Part shown: positions 14,618 through 24,017 of the stretch, in pieces | How the letters are laid out: each line of letters begins with the position of its first letter | How positions within the stretch are numbered: the stretch's first letter is position 1 | Origin: a virus | DNA: 64,000 nt | IMG/VR virus record: IMGVR_UViG_3300005289_000003 | Span: 22,445-86,444 of that record | Direction: 5' to 3' (one strand) | Notes under the pieces: generated by a model | Told to the model about the DNA's origin: nothing | What the model saw: the letters and a program-made list of their open reading frames with translations, nothing else | The model's database searches: none | Position numbers and translations under genes: made by a program

Positions 14618-14760
14618 CTGTCATTCCGGGGTTTCCTCAGCCGGAATATTAAGTCACATGTACTCTTCCGGAAATGGTTTTGGCTTAGCACCATACTAGA
14701 CCGGAACGGTTGGGCAAAGGCAGAGAGCTAAGCCGATCGCCTTTCAAGCATGTGAGACAG
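14618..14760 (+). ncRNA. putative kissing-loop ncRNA
   Basis: Nested stems plus loop-loop complement GGCTTAGC/GCTAAGCC. Confidence 0.5.
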
Positions 14761-14764
14761 TTAA

Positions 14765-14836
14765 GGCCCTATCTTCCAGCGGTTAGGAAGCGAGGTTTTC
14801 ACCCTCGTAACCGGGGTTCGACTCCCCGTAGGGTCA
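14765..14836 (+). tRNA. tRNA-Glu(TTC)
   Basis: Anticodon arm CGAGG-TT-TTC-AC-CCTCG. Confidence 0.92.
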
Positions 14837-15008
14837 CGAGTCGCAAAGAGGCATGATGCCTAGAGAGATTCTAGGATGGGTTCGATGGTGTCTTACCTTG
14901 TGAAACAAACTCTTTGTGGCTCTCTTCTAGATGGTGACTAGAAGAAGCGGCACCTTCGGGTCTGGCTAGGGGTGCAAGAAGCCCCAGGGGTTGCCGCCCC
15001 TGGGGTGA

Positions 15009-15082
15009 GCCCACATATCCCAATTGGTAGAGGAGACGGATTCAAACTCCGTATGTTGTCAGTTCAAATCTGACTGTGGGTA
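15009..15082 (+). tRNA. tRNA-Leu(CAA), short variable arm
   Basis: Anticodon arm ACGGA-TT-CAA-AC-TCCGT; resembles the short actinobacterial Leu(CAA). Confidence 0.88.
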
Positions 15083-15110
15083 CGTCGTCTCTGACTGTGG
15101 GTACGTCGTC
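15069..15110 (+). repeat. 21-bp tandem direct repeat of the tRNA-Leu 3' end
   Basis: TCTGACTGTGGGTACGTCGTC twice. Confidence 0.9.
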
Positions 15111-15232
15111 ATGGTGGCCATACTGCTTCACCCGAATAACCAGCGCTGGTGTCGCTTGTCGGTACCGGCTGGACTTGTCCAGTTCACAAGCGGCAGGGTG
15201 TGTAAGGCGGAGCAACCACCATGACGTCTTAT

Positions 15233-15303
15233 GGCTACGTACGCAATTGGTTAGCGAGACGTCTGCAAAACGTCGTAAGCCGGTTCGATTCCGGCCGTAG
15301 CTT
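15233..15303 (+). tRNA. tRNA-Cys(GCA)
   Basis: Anticodon arm GACGT-CT-GCA-AA-ACGTC, U73. Confidence 0.92.
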
Positions 15304-15470
15304 CGTGGGGTATAGCTTAAGTAATTGACATTGCCTGCCAGCAATCGAGATGAAATGGCTAGACGTTGGCAGACGTTCCGATGCCTCAGAAACATCGGTG
15401 CCCCGTTAAACTCCTGTTGGACCCAGGAGAGCAAGAAGCCCCATAGGAGTTCCAGCCCCTATGGGGTCAC

Positions 15471-15553
15471 GCCCGTGTGGTGGAATTTGGTATACACGCT
15501 AGCCTTAGGAGCTAGTGCCGAAAGGTTTGCAGGTTCGAATCCTGTCACGGGTA
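15471..15553 (+). tRNA. tRNA-Leu(TAG)
   Basis: Anticodon arm CTAGC-CT-TAG-GA-GCTAG, long variable arm. Confidence 0.94.
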
Positions 15554-15604
15554 CTTCCGCCAGAGTGCGGATATAGGGAACTAGATAAGAAAGGAGGAAA
15601 AAAT

Positions 15605-15874
15605 ATGGGTGCCAAGAAGCGCATCAACAAGTCACACCCTTCGCATGATCGCAGGTCCCGAAGCATCGCCCGTGGGCTGGTTCGGAAGAAGGCCCGTAGT
15701 GAGGCTCAGAAGGCCGCAGAGCGACGCAACAGGGCACGTGGCTACTCGGCATGGGATGTGGCCAAGGCACGGCGTACGGCCCGTCTAGGGCGCATCCTGA
15801 CACCAGAGCAACGGAAGATGCTCACAGACCAGGGTTACAGCGCAGAGACAGGCAAGAAGACAACTTCAAAGTAA
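15605..15874 (+). CDS. small, highly basic protein
   Basis: AAGGAGG SD; R/K-rich. Confidence 0.7.
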   Translation: MGAKKRINKSHPSHDRRSRSIARGLVRKKARSEAQKAAERRNRARGYSAWDVAKARRTARLGRILTPEQRKMLTDQGYSAETGKKTTSK

Positions 15875-15884
15875 GGACCACACG

Positions 15885-15930
15885 AAGAAGCCGGTAGCCC
15901 ATGGGGAGCTACCGGCTTTCTTTGTTCTTT
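15885..15930 (+). terminator. intrinsic terminator ending the tRNA region
   Basis: AAGCCGGTAGC...GCTACCGGCTT followed by a T-rich tail. Confidence 0.75.
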
Positions 15931-15953
15931 GAGAATTGAGGAATTGAAAAAGA

Positions 15954-16958
15954 ATGATTAGCAAGGTTGAGTTCAAGACAGGGGATATGGGCCGCCCGGT
16001 GTTCCCCGTACCCATCTTCGGAGAGTACGACGAAGACAACGTGCGGACCATCAAGATGGAGATCACACCTTCCATCGCTCGTATCCTGCTGACAAAGAAC
16101 ATCGGCAACAGGAACGTTTCGGAAGACTACATCAACGAGTACGCCGGACGTATCTCGCGTGGTGAGTGGTGGTTGAACGGTGCAGCCATCAAGATTGCTT
16201 GGAATGGCAGATTGTTGGACGGGCAGACCCGTCTAGAGGCTGTCATCAAGGCTGGTCTTCCCATCACCACCATGGTTACCTACGGACTCCACCCGGAATC
16301 CCAGATGACCATGGACATGGGCAAGAAGCGTTCTCAGGCAGACGTCCTGAGGATGCACGGTTTCACGGACACCATTCGGTTGGCCGCTCTCATCAACATT
16401 GTCATGCGGTACAAGGATGGCAAGTTGATTCCGGGGCACCGTGCCGCGCGGTACTCGGAAGGTCAGATCCTGGACTTTGCCAACCAGAACAAGACCCTTC
16501 TGTACAACGCGCTTTCCCACTCATGGACCTTCAACAGTAAGGTTCCCATGGCCATCGTTTCCGCTGCTGCTGCGGCGTGGTACATCATGGCCGAGAAGAA
16601 CATGCAAGACCTGGATTCCTTCTGGACCAGACTCATCACAGGTGAACACCAGATTGACCGTGATCCGGTTTGGGTCCTACGGGAGCGGATTGCCAAGGGT
16701 GCCAAGCTTGCGGGTGGAGGCAAGGGAAAGCTCCCCTCCTACCTTCAGGTGGCGCTCACCCTCAAGGCTTTCAGGTATCACATCATCGGCCGTCCGATTT
16801 CCTACCTCAGGTGGGATCCGGAAACGGAACCCTTCCCCGAAGTCACCGTGTCCGTGGGAGATGACGACGGTTTCGACAGTGCGGAAGACCAGACGAACGC
16901 GGTCATTCTGAACGAGACTGACGAATTCGACATTCCCGACGACACACCTAGGGACTAA
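15954..16958 (+). CDS. ParB/Srx-like N-terminal domain protein
   Basis: NRNVS...YAGRISRGEW...GRLLDGQTRLEAV. Confidence 0.75.
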   Translation: MISKVEFKTGDMGRPVFPVPIFGEYDEDNVRTIKMEITPSIARILLTKNIGNRNVSEDYINEYAGRISRGEWWLNGAAIKIAWNGRLLDGQTRLEAVIKAGLPITTMVTYGLHPESQMTMDMGKKRSQADVLRMHGFTDTIRLAALINIVMRYKDGKLIPGHRAARYSEGQILDFANQNKTLLYNALSHSWTFNSKVPMAIVSAAAAAWYIMAEKNMQDLDSFWTRLITGEHQIDRDPVWVLRERIAKGAKLAGGGKGKLPSYLQVALTLKAFRYHIIGRPISYLRWDPETEPFPEVTVSVGDDDGFDSAEDQTNAVILNETDEFDIPDDTPRD

Positions 16959-16961
16959 TAC

Positions 16962-17318
16962 ATGCCACAACACCAATACGTTATTGACCCACGTACCGGT
17001 GAAGTGGACATGGCTGCATACGAAGCAGAAGGCCACAAAGGCTCACTCTGCTTCGTGTGTGGCGCCCACGTCTGTGCAGCCTCCTGCACGTCTCACAGAG
17101 GCAGGCTGATACCGCTAGACGTAGCCCAGTGTCGTGGGGCGGAAACTACCTTCTTTGTCGTCTACGAAGCTTCTACCTACACGTCTCTTTCTTTCCACCT
17201 TTCGAAGGTAGGGGCGCAGAGCTACGTTTCAAAGCGGCTAGAGAAGGATCGTTCTAGCGGTAAGGTTCACCAATACGTAGACCCCTACCCGATCGTAGAG
17301 GAGCCGCTATGTCTCTAG
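16962..17318 (+). CDS. hypothetical protein
   Basis: ORF in a tight gene run; Cys/His motif. Confidence 0.6.
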   Translation: MPQHQYVIDPRTGEVDMAAYEAEGHKGSLCFVCGAHVCAASCTSHRGRLIPLDVAQCRGAETTFFVVYEASTYTSLSFHLSKVGAQSYVSKRLEKDRSSGKVHQYVDPYPIVEEPLCL

Positions 17319-17506
17319 GTTCGACAGGGGTCGGTTATAAGATCCTGTTGTTTGTTGTCAGGGCTAACTTCCTGATGACTGATCTATATGACAACATTAT
17401 GCGTATCCTCTTCGGTACAGAAGCTTTTGATGACGCGCAAATGAGGGTTTACAATGAGCGCGTCAAGAGAGAGCAAGAGGAAGAAGGGGAGGATGCCACG
17501 GGGTAA
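17309..17506 (+). CDS. hypothetical protein
   Basis: GAGGAG SD. Confidence 0.55.
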   Translation: MSLGSTGVGYKILLFVVRANFLMTDLYDNIMRILFGTEAFDDAQMRVYNERVKREQEEEGEDATG

Positions 17507-17738
17507 GGGCAAGCAGGGTCGGGAGGGCCGTAGGCTTAAAGCTGAGAGCCTGAGAGTCCTTAGGGAGTCCCGTAGCCTAGGTGAGCAACTGGATTTGCTA
17601 GACGCTCGCCTAGGGCCTAACAGAGGGGCATCACGGGAGCGCCAGCGTCTCCTATATGAGTCGGCAGCTAGGAACAATGACCGTGCTCAACAAGAGGCAA
17701 AGGACTTTTCGATGATTGGCCGGAAGAGACGAAAGTAG
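17493..17738 (+). CDS. basic hypothetical protein
   Basis: Purine-rich SD region before ATG 17493. Confidence 0.6.
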   Translation: MPRGKGKQGREGRRLKAESLRVLRESRSLGEQLDLLDARLGPNRGASRERQRLLYESAARNNDRAQQEAKDFSMIGRKRRK

Positions 17739-17745
17739 GTTCTCG

Positions 17746-18054
17746 ATGGATAGAGAGCAGGTTTCATTTTTTCTGGATTCGCAAGCATTGAGAAATTATG
17801 AACCGCTCTCTATCCAGAGAGTAGTAACTGATATTCTTTGTGGCGACTTTGACAATCAACTAGATCTAATAACGGCCACCATTGCGAGACGCAAACACAT
17901 TCTTTTGATTGCACCTAAAATGCGCCGTATCGTCCTACGGCGGGCAGTTGTACTGAAGAGAACCGGTAGGAAGGTTAACGGGGTTGAGGCTGGTAAGAAC
18001 CCAGAAGGCACAACAGCGGCAACAAATCGCACTAGAACTTTCACAAATACGTGA
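17746..18054 (+). CDS. hypothetical protein
   Basis: ORF in gene run; start uncertain. Confidence 0.5.
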   Translation: MDREQVSFFLDSQALRNYEPLSIQRVVTDILCGDFDNQLDLITATIARRKHILLIAPKMRRIVLRRAVVLKRTGRKVNGVEAGKNPEGTTAATNRTRTFTNT

Positions 18055-18448
18055 CCAAATTGCAGACCTGAAGAAGCAAGAAGCAGAGCTTCAAGCTTCA
18101 TTGTTGTCAATGACGGGGCCTGAGGAAGTCATTGCCCTAAGCCCTACCCGTTCTCTTCTTCGTGTGGATCCTGAAGCCAAAGACGAAATTGATGACTCAA
18201 CCCTTAAGCACTTGGTAGATGATAAGACTTGGGAAGCTATCACTATCAGGGTGCTTGACCACAAAGCGCTTTCCCTTGCAATCCGGACAGGGGTTGTACA
18301 ACCGGGTATAGTCGCGGAAGCCACGGTCAAAAAGGAACCGAAGGCTTCCCACTTCCGGGCGGTACGACATGATGAAACTAAGGATTCAGGGGAAGGTAAA
18401 GAGGGAAAGACAACACAGAGAAAAAGAACTAGAGCGCTATCTAATTGA
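17984..18448 (+). CDS. hypothetical coiled-coil protein
   Basis: N-terminal heptad pattern. Confidence 0.65.
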   Translation: MRLVRTQKAQQRQQIALELSQIRDQIADLKKQEAELQASLLSMTGPEEVIALSPTRSLLRVDPEAKDEIDDSTLKHLVDDKTWEAITIRVLDHKALSLAIRTGVVQPGIVAEATVKKEPKASHFRAVRHDETKDSGEGKEGKTTQRKRTRALSN

Positions 18449-18510
18449 GCGGTTTCCGGGTTATACTCTTGAAACAATTCATATTGTGATGAGGAAAGCT
18501 AGGGAGACGT

Positions 18511-18702
18511 ATGCGCTTGGACTATAGTTACACAGCGGAAAAAGGCTTCACGGTTGCCGAACTAAGGGAATTCGTGAACGCTCTTGATGGGCTCCCTGGT
18601 GACTACATTATCCGTGGGGAAAAGGAACTCAAGTTCGATTTCAATGCGGCGGGTGGCCGTATAGTTAGATTGACTGCTGTTCCACCACCCAAGCCTGTAT
18701 GA
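18511..18702 (+). CDS. hypothetical protein
   Basis: GGGAG SD. Confidence 0.6.
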   Translation: MRLDYSYTAEKGFTVAELREFVNALDGLPGDYIIRGEKELKFDFNAAGGRIVRLTAVPPPKPV

Positions 18703-18792
18703 TATGCCTTTGCTATTGTTGCCTCTTTGACATTGCCAAGCCAAAGAGACGTGTGATTAGACCTAAAGTCAAGCAAAGGAAGAAGTGACTGA

Positions 18793-19461
18793 GTGGCAAT
18801 CAGGGCCGGTATCCTTGGGTCAAAACAAGCCGTAAAGAAAGCTGCCGCAAAAGGCGGTGGTGGGGATTTCGCGCAAATCCTTAAAGGCGATGGCGACACT
18901 TGGAAGGTTCGATTCCTGATCGAACCTGAAAATTGGCTTGAATACTTTGAGCACTACTACGATGGCAAATACGTTGTGTGTGATGATGAAGTCTGCCCGG
19001 CTTGTGACGATGGCGTACGGCGTAGCCAACGCTTCCTAGTCCCTGTCTTGATGGTGGACGACAGTAAGGTTGCTTGCATCAAGCTTGCCAAGACTGCCTA
19101 TTCAGCCTTGGAGCGCAAGTACCAGCGATACGACACCATGACCGATCGGGATTATGAAATCACCCGACACGGCACGGGACAGAATGACACAGAATACGAA
19201 GTAGAACCGGGTGACCCCATTAAGGTCAACCTCTCTCGGTTCAAGCCTCCTTCTCCTCACAAGACGTGGGAGGCTTACGTATTCTCCTTTATCAAGGCCA
19301 TGGTTGATTCAGCGGCCAATGCGGACATTGATGATGACGATGATGAAGAAGATGAGGAAACACCAGCAGTAAAGAAGCGGCCGGTTGCTGCCAAGGCCAC
19401 AGTAAAAAAGACGATTGCAGCAAAGAAGCCAAGCACCAACGTCATTCGTCGCTCACGCTGA
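18793..19461 (+). CDS. single-stranded DNA-binding protein (gp32-like)
   Basis: KVRFL...YFEH...CDDEVCPAC zinc motif, RDYEITRHGTGQNDTEY, acidic tail; upstream of polymerase. Confidence 0.75.
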   Translation: MAIRAGILGSKQAVKKAAAKGGGGDFAQILKGDGDTWKVRFLIEPENWLEYFEHYYDGKYVVCDDEVCPACDDGVRRSQRFLVPVLMVDDSKVACIKLAKTAYSALERKYQRYDTMTDRDYEITRHGTGQNDTEYEVEPGDPIKVNLSRFKPPSPHKTWEAYVFSFIKAMVDSAANADIDDDDDEEDEETPAVKKRPVAAKATVKKTIAAKKPSTNVIRRSR

Positions 19462-19473
19462 AAGGCTCTCTGA

Positions 19474-20208
19474 ATGCCTAAGGGTCCGAAGTCAGAAGTT
19501 TCTAGTACTGGTGCGGTTCTTCTAGAGGCTTTGAGAGCCTATATTGAAGAGGAGTTCGGAGAGGAAAGCGACGAAACCGGTAAGGTCATTGACGGGGTTT
19601 CTTCGGAGAAGCTTGGCTTTGAACAACTCAAGGCGCTTTCTCTGGTAGAGCTACGGGCATGGGCCAAGGAAGCCGGATTCACCGCTAGTAATAAGAAAGC
19701 GGATATCCTCAACTGGGCACAGCAACAGGAGACTTCTTCTGATGAGGAAGAGTCTGATGAGGATGTAGACGAAGACGAGGATGACGAGGAAGACACCGAA
19801 GAAGACGACTCTGACGACGAAGACGAAACTTCGGAGGAAGAGACCGAACTACGGGAAGAGCTAGAAGAGCTTGGCCCGGTAGACCTACGCAAGCGGGCAC
19901 GGGAGAACGACAAGTCTCTCAAGCTTGCAGAGCTAAAGGAAAAGAGCAATGAAGAGCTAATCGAACTGATTGTCAGTCAGGAGATTAGTTCTGAAGAAGA
20001 AGACGAAGATGACGAAGAGTCGGACGATGAAGACGACGACGATTCAGGCATCGATCCCAAGGAAATGATGGACAAGAAGATTTGGCCGATGCCACGTCTT
20101 CACAAGTTCGCAGAAGAGAACGGTGTAGCGATTCCGGCCAAGGTGAAAAACAACCGGTCGGCAATCGTAGAGCTTCTGACTGAAGCTCTAGGGGAAGATG
20201 ACGAGTAG
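19474..20208 (+). CDS. very acidic protein with repeated SAP/Rho-N-like helical modules
   Basis: Three ELRxxAxExG-like modules separated by D/E tracts. Confidence 0.65.
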   Translation: MPKGPKSEVSSTGAVLLEALRAYIEEEFGEESDETGKVIDGVSSEKLGFEQLKALSLVELRAWAKEAGFTASNKKADILNWAQQQETSSDEEESDEDVDEDEDDEEDTEEDDSDDEDETSEEETELREELEELGPVDLRKRARENDKSLKLAELKEKSNEELIELIVSQEISSEEEDEDDEESDDEDDDDSGIDPKEMMDKKIWPMPRLHKFAEENGVAIPAKVKNNRSAIVELLTEALGEDDE

Positions 20209-20219
20209 CCAGACATAGA

Positions 20220-20260
20220 GAAGGGGCCACGGTTCTTTGCCGTGGCCCCTTTTCGTGTTT
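20220..20260 (+). terminator. intrinsic terminator (GGGCCACGG family)
   Basis: AAGGGGCCACGG...CCGTGGCCCCTTTT. Confidence 0.75.
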
Positions 20261-20271
20261 GTGGAGAACCT

Positions 20272-23040
20272 ATGACCAACTCCTATTTCTCAGTCCACAC
20301 ACATTCTTCCTTTTCGTGTCTTGACGGCATGTCCGAAGTCAGGCACTTGGTAACCAAAGCGGCCAAACTTGGTCACCCTGCCATGGCCCTTACCGACCAT
20401 GGCCACATGGCTGGAACCGTGCAGCTATATAAAGCCTGTAAAGACCAAGGGATCCTTCCCTACCCTGCCGTAGAGGCTTACCTAGTCCCAGAGCATGAGG
20501 AGTGGGACGGTAAGGCTTCTCGGTACCACCTGGGGCTTATCGCGCTAAGCCTGAAGGGCTACAGGGCTCTTATCAAGCTTGTGTCACGGAGCTACACCCG
20601 ACCACAGTTCAACCGGTTTCCTCGGATCGACTGGAACGATCTAGCCCTGTTGTCCCAGGAAGCGCGAGACGATATAGCCCTGACTACCGGTTGCTATTTC
20701 GGTCTGCCTATTCAAACGCTGGTAACCGAAACAGTGGATCCGGTCAAGGGCCTGAACTTTGGGAAGCTGAGTAACCGGAACAAGGCAAGGTCTGTTGTCC
20801 AGACCTACGCCCGACTCTTCCCCAATACCTATGTGGAACTCCAGAACCACTACACCCCGCACCCAGACAACTGGACTGACGAGCAAATCTGTACGGAAAT
20901 GTTCGGTATAGCTCAGGAGCTAGGGCTACCTGTGGTGGTCACCCAGGACACCCACTATTTGGATGTCCGGCACTCATCAGCCCACACGCTGATGAAGAGA
21001 TCCACCTACGGCGGTATGGAAGATGGATTCCCTGGGGACTCCTACCACTTCGCTTCCACCAGATTCATCAAGAACCACCACCAGGCAGAACACTGGGAAG
21101 CGGCGCAAGAAGGTTTCACAGATCTACTGGACCGACACCGGGTGTCCCTCCCTGCCCTGGACACCTTCCGCGCGCACATCCCAGAAGTCACCACAGACCC
21201 GCTGAAGGGTGTCACCCAGCTAGTTACCCGCCGACTCCAGGATCTTGCCTCTACGGGCCTCCTAGCCCCCTCTAAGGGCCGATCAGGGAAGCCAGCAGAG
21301 ACGCTAGCCCGGTACCAGGAGCGGCTAGACCACGAACTAGAAGTCATCGAGTATCTAAACATTGCGGGTTATTTTGCACTTGTTAGACAGATCGTTCTGT
21401 GGTGTCAGCGTAACGGTGTCTTTGTGGAAGCGAGAGGTTCGGCCAACGGTTCCCTTGTCTGCTTTCTTCTTGGTATCACGCAAGTCGATCCGCTTAGATG
21501 GGGAACTTCCTTTGAGCGGTTTTTGTCTAAAGATAGAAAGAAGCCACCGGACGTAGACCTAGACGTTTCCTATACCGAACGCAAGCGTCTATTGGAATAC
21601 ATCTCCTCACACTTCCCGACTCAACAAATTGGGACCTTCCAGCAACTAGGTACCAATGATGAGGGTCAAGGCTCTGTCATGGTCACCTATAAGGCTGGAA
21701 TTAGGAAACAACTAGGTGACGACACCAAGGCCCTGAACGACGTCAAGACGGTAGAAGACGTTAAGTGGTTTCGACCCCAGGATTACCAGGCTCTCAAATA
21801 CCTTTCAGAAATGGAAGTCAAGAGATCCTATGGCGTCCATGCCGCTGGACTTCTTATCAGCGCTCCATCTCTCAAGATGGAAGATTATGTTCCGACCATG
21901 CTGGTTGCTTCGTCCAACACGAAGGTAACTCAGTTCGTCGGTAATGACCTGGAAGAGTTCGGCTTCTGCAAGATTGACATCCTTGGCCAGATCACGCTAA
22001 CCGCGATGATGAAGTGTCAAGAACTAATCGGTGGCGAGCATGCCGAGAAGACAGACGACTTCTCTTGGATTCCTTTTGATGACAAGAAGACCATGGCCAC
22101 GATTGGGCAGGGTCGGCTAGACACGGGGATCTTCCACTTCGATAAGTTCACCAAGGCCCGTGGTGCCCGTGACATGCAACCCAGGAACACGATGGAGCTA
22201 TGTCTAGCTCAGGGCCTGTTCCTACCAGGGGCCATGGATACTGGGCAGACTGCGGCCTACCTGAAGCGTCGGAAGATGACCAGGGAAGAGCGGCAAGCCG
22301 ATATTGAGTACATACACCCTGCCTGGGAGCACGCCCTAGCCAAGACGTACGGGACTGTCATTTTTCAGGAACAAGTTATTGACATCCTCCGTGAACTTGG
22401 TATGAGCATTGAGGCCATCAACATCTTCTTCAAGTTGGTGAAGGACTCCGCTTCAGGTTCCCTCGGTCGTAACGCGGAACGTATGAAGGTAGTCAAGGCA
22501 GAGTTCGATAAGGCTTGCCACCGGAACGGTATTGAAGATGCTGATGCCGCTTACCACTCCTTTGCCGGTTTGATTGCCTATGCCTTCAACTTCAATCACG
22601 CGGTTGGTTATGGCATCAGGGCTTATCGGACGGCGTACCTAAAGACTCACTATCCGCTTGAATATATGACTGCACTTCTGAACTATGCTGGTAGTGAGAT
22701 GGAACCCAAGTACGTGGTGGAGTGCCGACGTATCGGTATCCGGATCCTTCCCCCAGACATCAACTTGTCTGGTGCGTCCTGGTCCATGGATAAGGGCCGT
22801 AACGCCATCCGTAGGGGCCTAGGAGCGGTCAAGGGCATTGGACCCAAGGCAGCTACCGACCTGGTCAGCAACCAGCCCTTCAAGTCCGTCAAGGACGTCT
22901 ATCTGAGATGTGGCCGATCAGTGACCGGTGGAGACGAATACATGAAGACAAAGAATCCACAAGACCTGATCGGCACCATGAAGGTTCTGTTGGATTCAGG
23001 AGCCTTTGAGTCTTCCTTCGGTATCTCCCGTTATAGCTAA
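20272..23040 (+). CDS. dnaE: DNA polymerase III alpha subunit, C-terminally truncated phage type
   Basis: PHP HTHSSFSCLDG, TDHG, RGSANGS, FERFL, PDVDLD, HAAG, KIDILG, FNFNHA, YLKTHYP, HhH GIGPK. Confidence 0.95.
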   Translation: MTNSYFSVHTHSSFSCLDGMSEVRHLVTKAAKLGHPAMALTDHGHMAGTVQLYKACKDQGILPYPAVEAYLVPEHEEWDGKASRYHLGLIALSLKGYRALIKLVSRSYTRPQFNRFPRIDWNDLALLSQEARDDIALTTGCYFGLPIQTLVTETVDPVKGLNFGKLSNRNKARSVVQTYARLFPNTYVELQNHYTPHPDNWTDEQICTEMFGIAQELGLPVVVTQDTHYLDVRHSSAHTLMKRSTYGGMEDGFPGDSYHFASTRFIKNHHQAEHWEAAQEGFTDLLDRHRVSLPALDTFRAHIPEVTTDPLKGVTQLVTRRLQDLASTGLLAPSKGRSGKPAETLARYQERLDHELEVIEYLNIAGYFALVRQIVLWCQRNGVFVEARGSANGSLVCFLLGITQVDPLRWGTSFERFLSKDRKKPPDVDLDVSYTERKRLLEYISSHFPTQQIGTFQQLGTNDEGQGSVMVTYKAGIRKQLGDDTKALNDVKTVEDVKWFRPQDYQALKYLSEMEVKRSYGVHAAGLLISAPSLKMEDYVPTMLVASSNTKVTQFVGNDLEEFGFCKIDILGQITLTAMMKCQELIGGEHAEKTDDFSWIPFDDKKTMATIGQGRLDTGIFHFDKFTKARGARDMQPRNTMELCLAQGLFLPGAMDTGQTAAYLKRRKMTREERQADIEYIHPAWEHALAKTYGTVIFQEQVIDILRELGMSIEAINIFFKLVKDSASGSLGRNAERMKVVKAEFDKACHRNGIEDADAAYHSFAGLIAYAFNFNHAVGYGIRAYRTAYLKTHYPLEYMTALLNYAGSEMEPKYVVECRRIGIRILPPDINLSGASWSMDKGRNAIRRGLGAVKGIGPKAATDLVSNQPFKSVKDVYLRCGRSVTGGDEYMKTKNPQDLIGTMKVLLDSGAFESSFGISRYS

Positions 23041-23048
23041 GGACAATT

Positions 23049-23585
23049 ATGAATCTGGTTAGCCCAGAAGAAGTCATCAAGGTCTATCGTCAGTGTGTGG
23101 AAGAGGTAATCCGCAAGTACGGCATGCAGCCTGAGAGCTACCAAACCGATTTTGCGGATGAAGCGGAAGTCTCTCCGGTCATGACTTCGGTTATGGCTAC
23201 CTGGGACATTGCCGGTAGACGAGCATTCATCATGGTCTACTACCAGTCAATCTCTGGGAACTACACACTGAACTTCCACGGGTTTGGTGATGGTCGGTTG
23301 TTGTCCCTGACAGAGATAGTCACCAAGGACAACATCTCTGACAATGACTTCTACTTCCCCATGACACTGGTTGGTCTGGGAGATATGAACTACCTACTCC
23401 CAGAGCTAGCAGAGTTGCCAGAGGTTCCGGAAGGTAGCGGAATCTTTATGGGTGAGATAGTCGGGGCATCCTACGATGATTTCAAGAAGCTTCTAGACGT
23501 AGCCGGTCAAGAAGGCTTCACGATCATTGGCCCGGATTTCGTGGCGACTGTTGGGCACGAAGAGGAAGAGCCTACCCAGGAGTAA
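23049..23585 (+). CDS. hypothetical acidic protein
   Basis: AAGGA SD and ORF. Confidence 0.7.
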   Translation: MNLVSPEEVIKVYRQCVEEVIRKYGMQPESYQTDFADEAEVSPVMTSVMATWDIAGRRAFIMVYYQSISGNYTLNFHGFGDGRLLSLTEIVTKDNISDNDFYFPMTLVGLGDMNYLLPELAELPEVPEGSGIFMGEIVGASYDDFKKLLDVAGQEGFTIIGPDFVATVGHEEEEPTQE

Positions 23586-23606
23586 CCCTTTACTCATGGA
23601 GTAAAG

Positions 23607-24014
23607 ATGACTTCAGATTGGACGGTAGAAACTCTCCGCGAACATTACAATGAAGTCCTACAACAGATGGACCTTAGGTACCAACAGAGATATGACGCAC
23701 AAAACAAAGCTCTAGACGCTGCACTTCTTGCCGCTAAAGAAGCCGTACAGACTGCCCTGTTGGCGGCCAAGGAAGCGGTCATCAAGGCAGAGGTAGCCAC
23801 CGAGAATCGGCTAACTCTTCTGAACGAACTACGCGCGGGTGTTGCTACCAGGGAACAGATAGACGGACTGACGGAAAGACAGAGTGACCTGAAGGAACGG
23901 CTAGACCGAATAGAAGGCAAAAATTCTGGCATCGGTTCGTCCTGGTCAATACTGATTGGTGCTATTAGTGTTATTGCCACAGTAATTATAGTAATCGTCA
24001 CTCTGACATCATGA
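23607..24014 (+). CDS. coiled-coil protein with C-terminal transmembrane helix
   Basis: Heptad repeats and hydrophobic C-terminus. Confidence 0.7.
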   Translation: MTSDWTVETLREHYNEVLQQMDLRYQQRYDAQNKALDAALLAAKEAVQTALLAAKEAVIKAEVATENRLTLLNELRAGVATREQIDGLTERQSDLKERLDRIEGKNSGIGSSWSILIGAISVIATVIIVIVTLTS

Positions 24015-24017
24015 AGA

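Noticed and set aside
255-15553. Stop-codon reassignment or suppressor tRNAs
   Set aside because: No CTA, TTA or TCA anticodons were found, and long genes read normally in the standard code with all three stops used.
19539-19949. Poly-Ser ORF on the minus strand
   Set aside because: Antisense shadow of the Asp/Glu tracts in 19474-20208.
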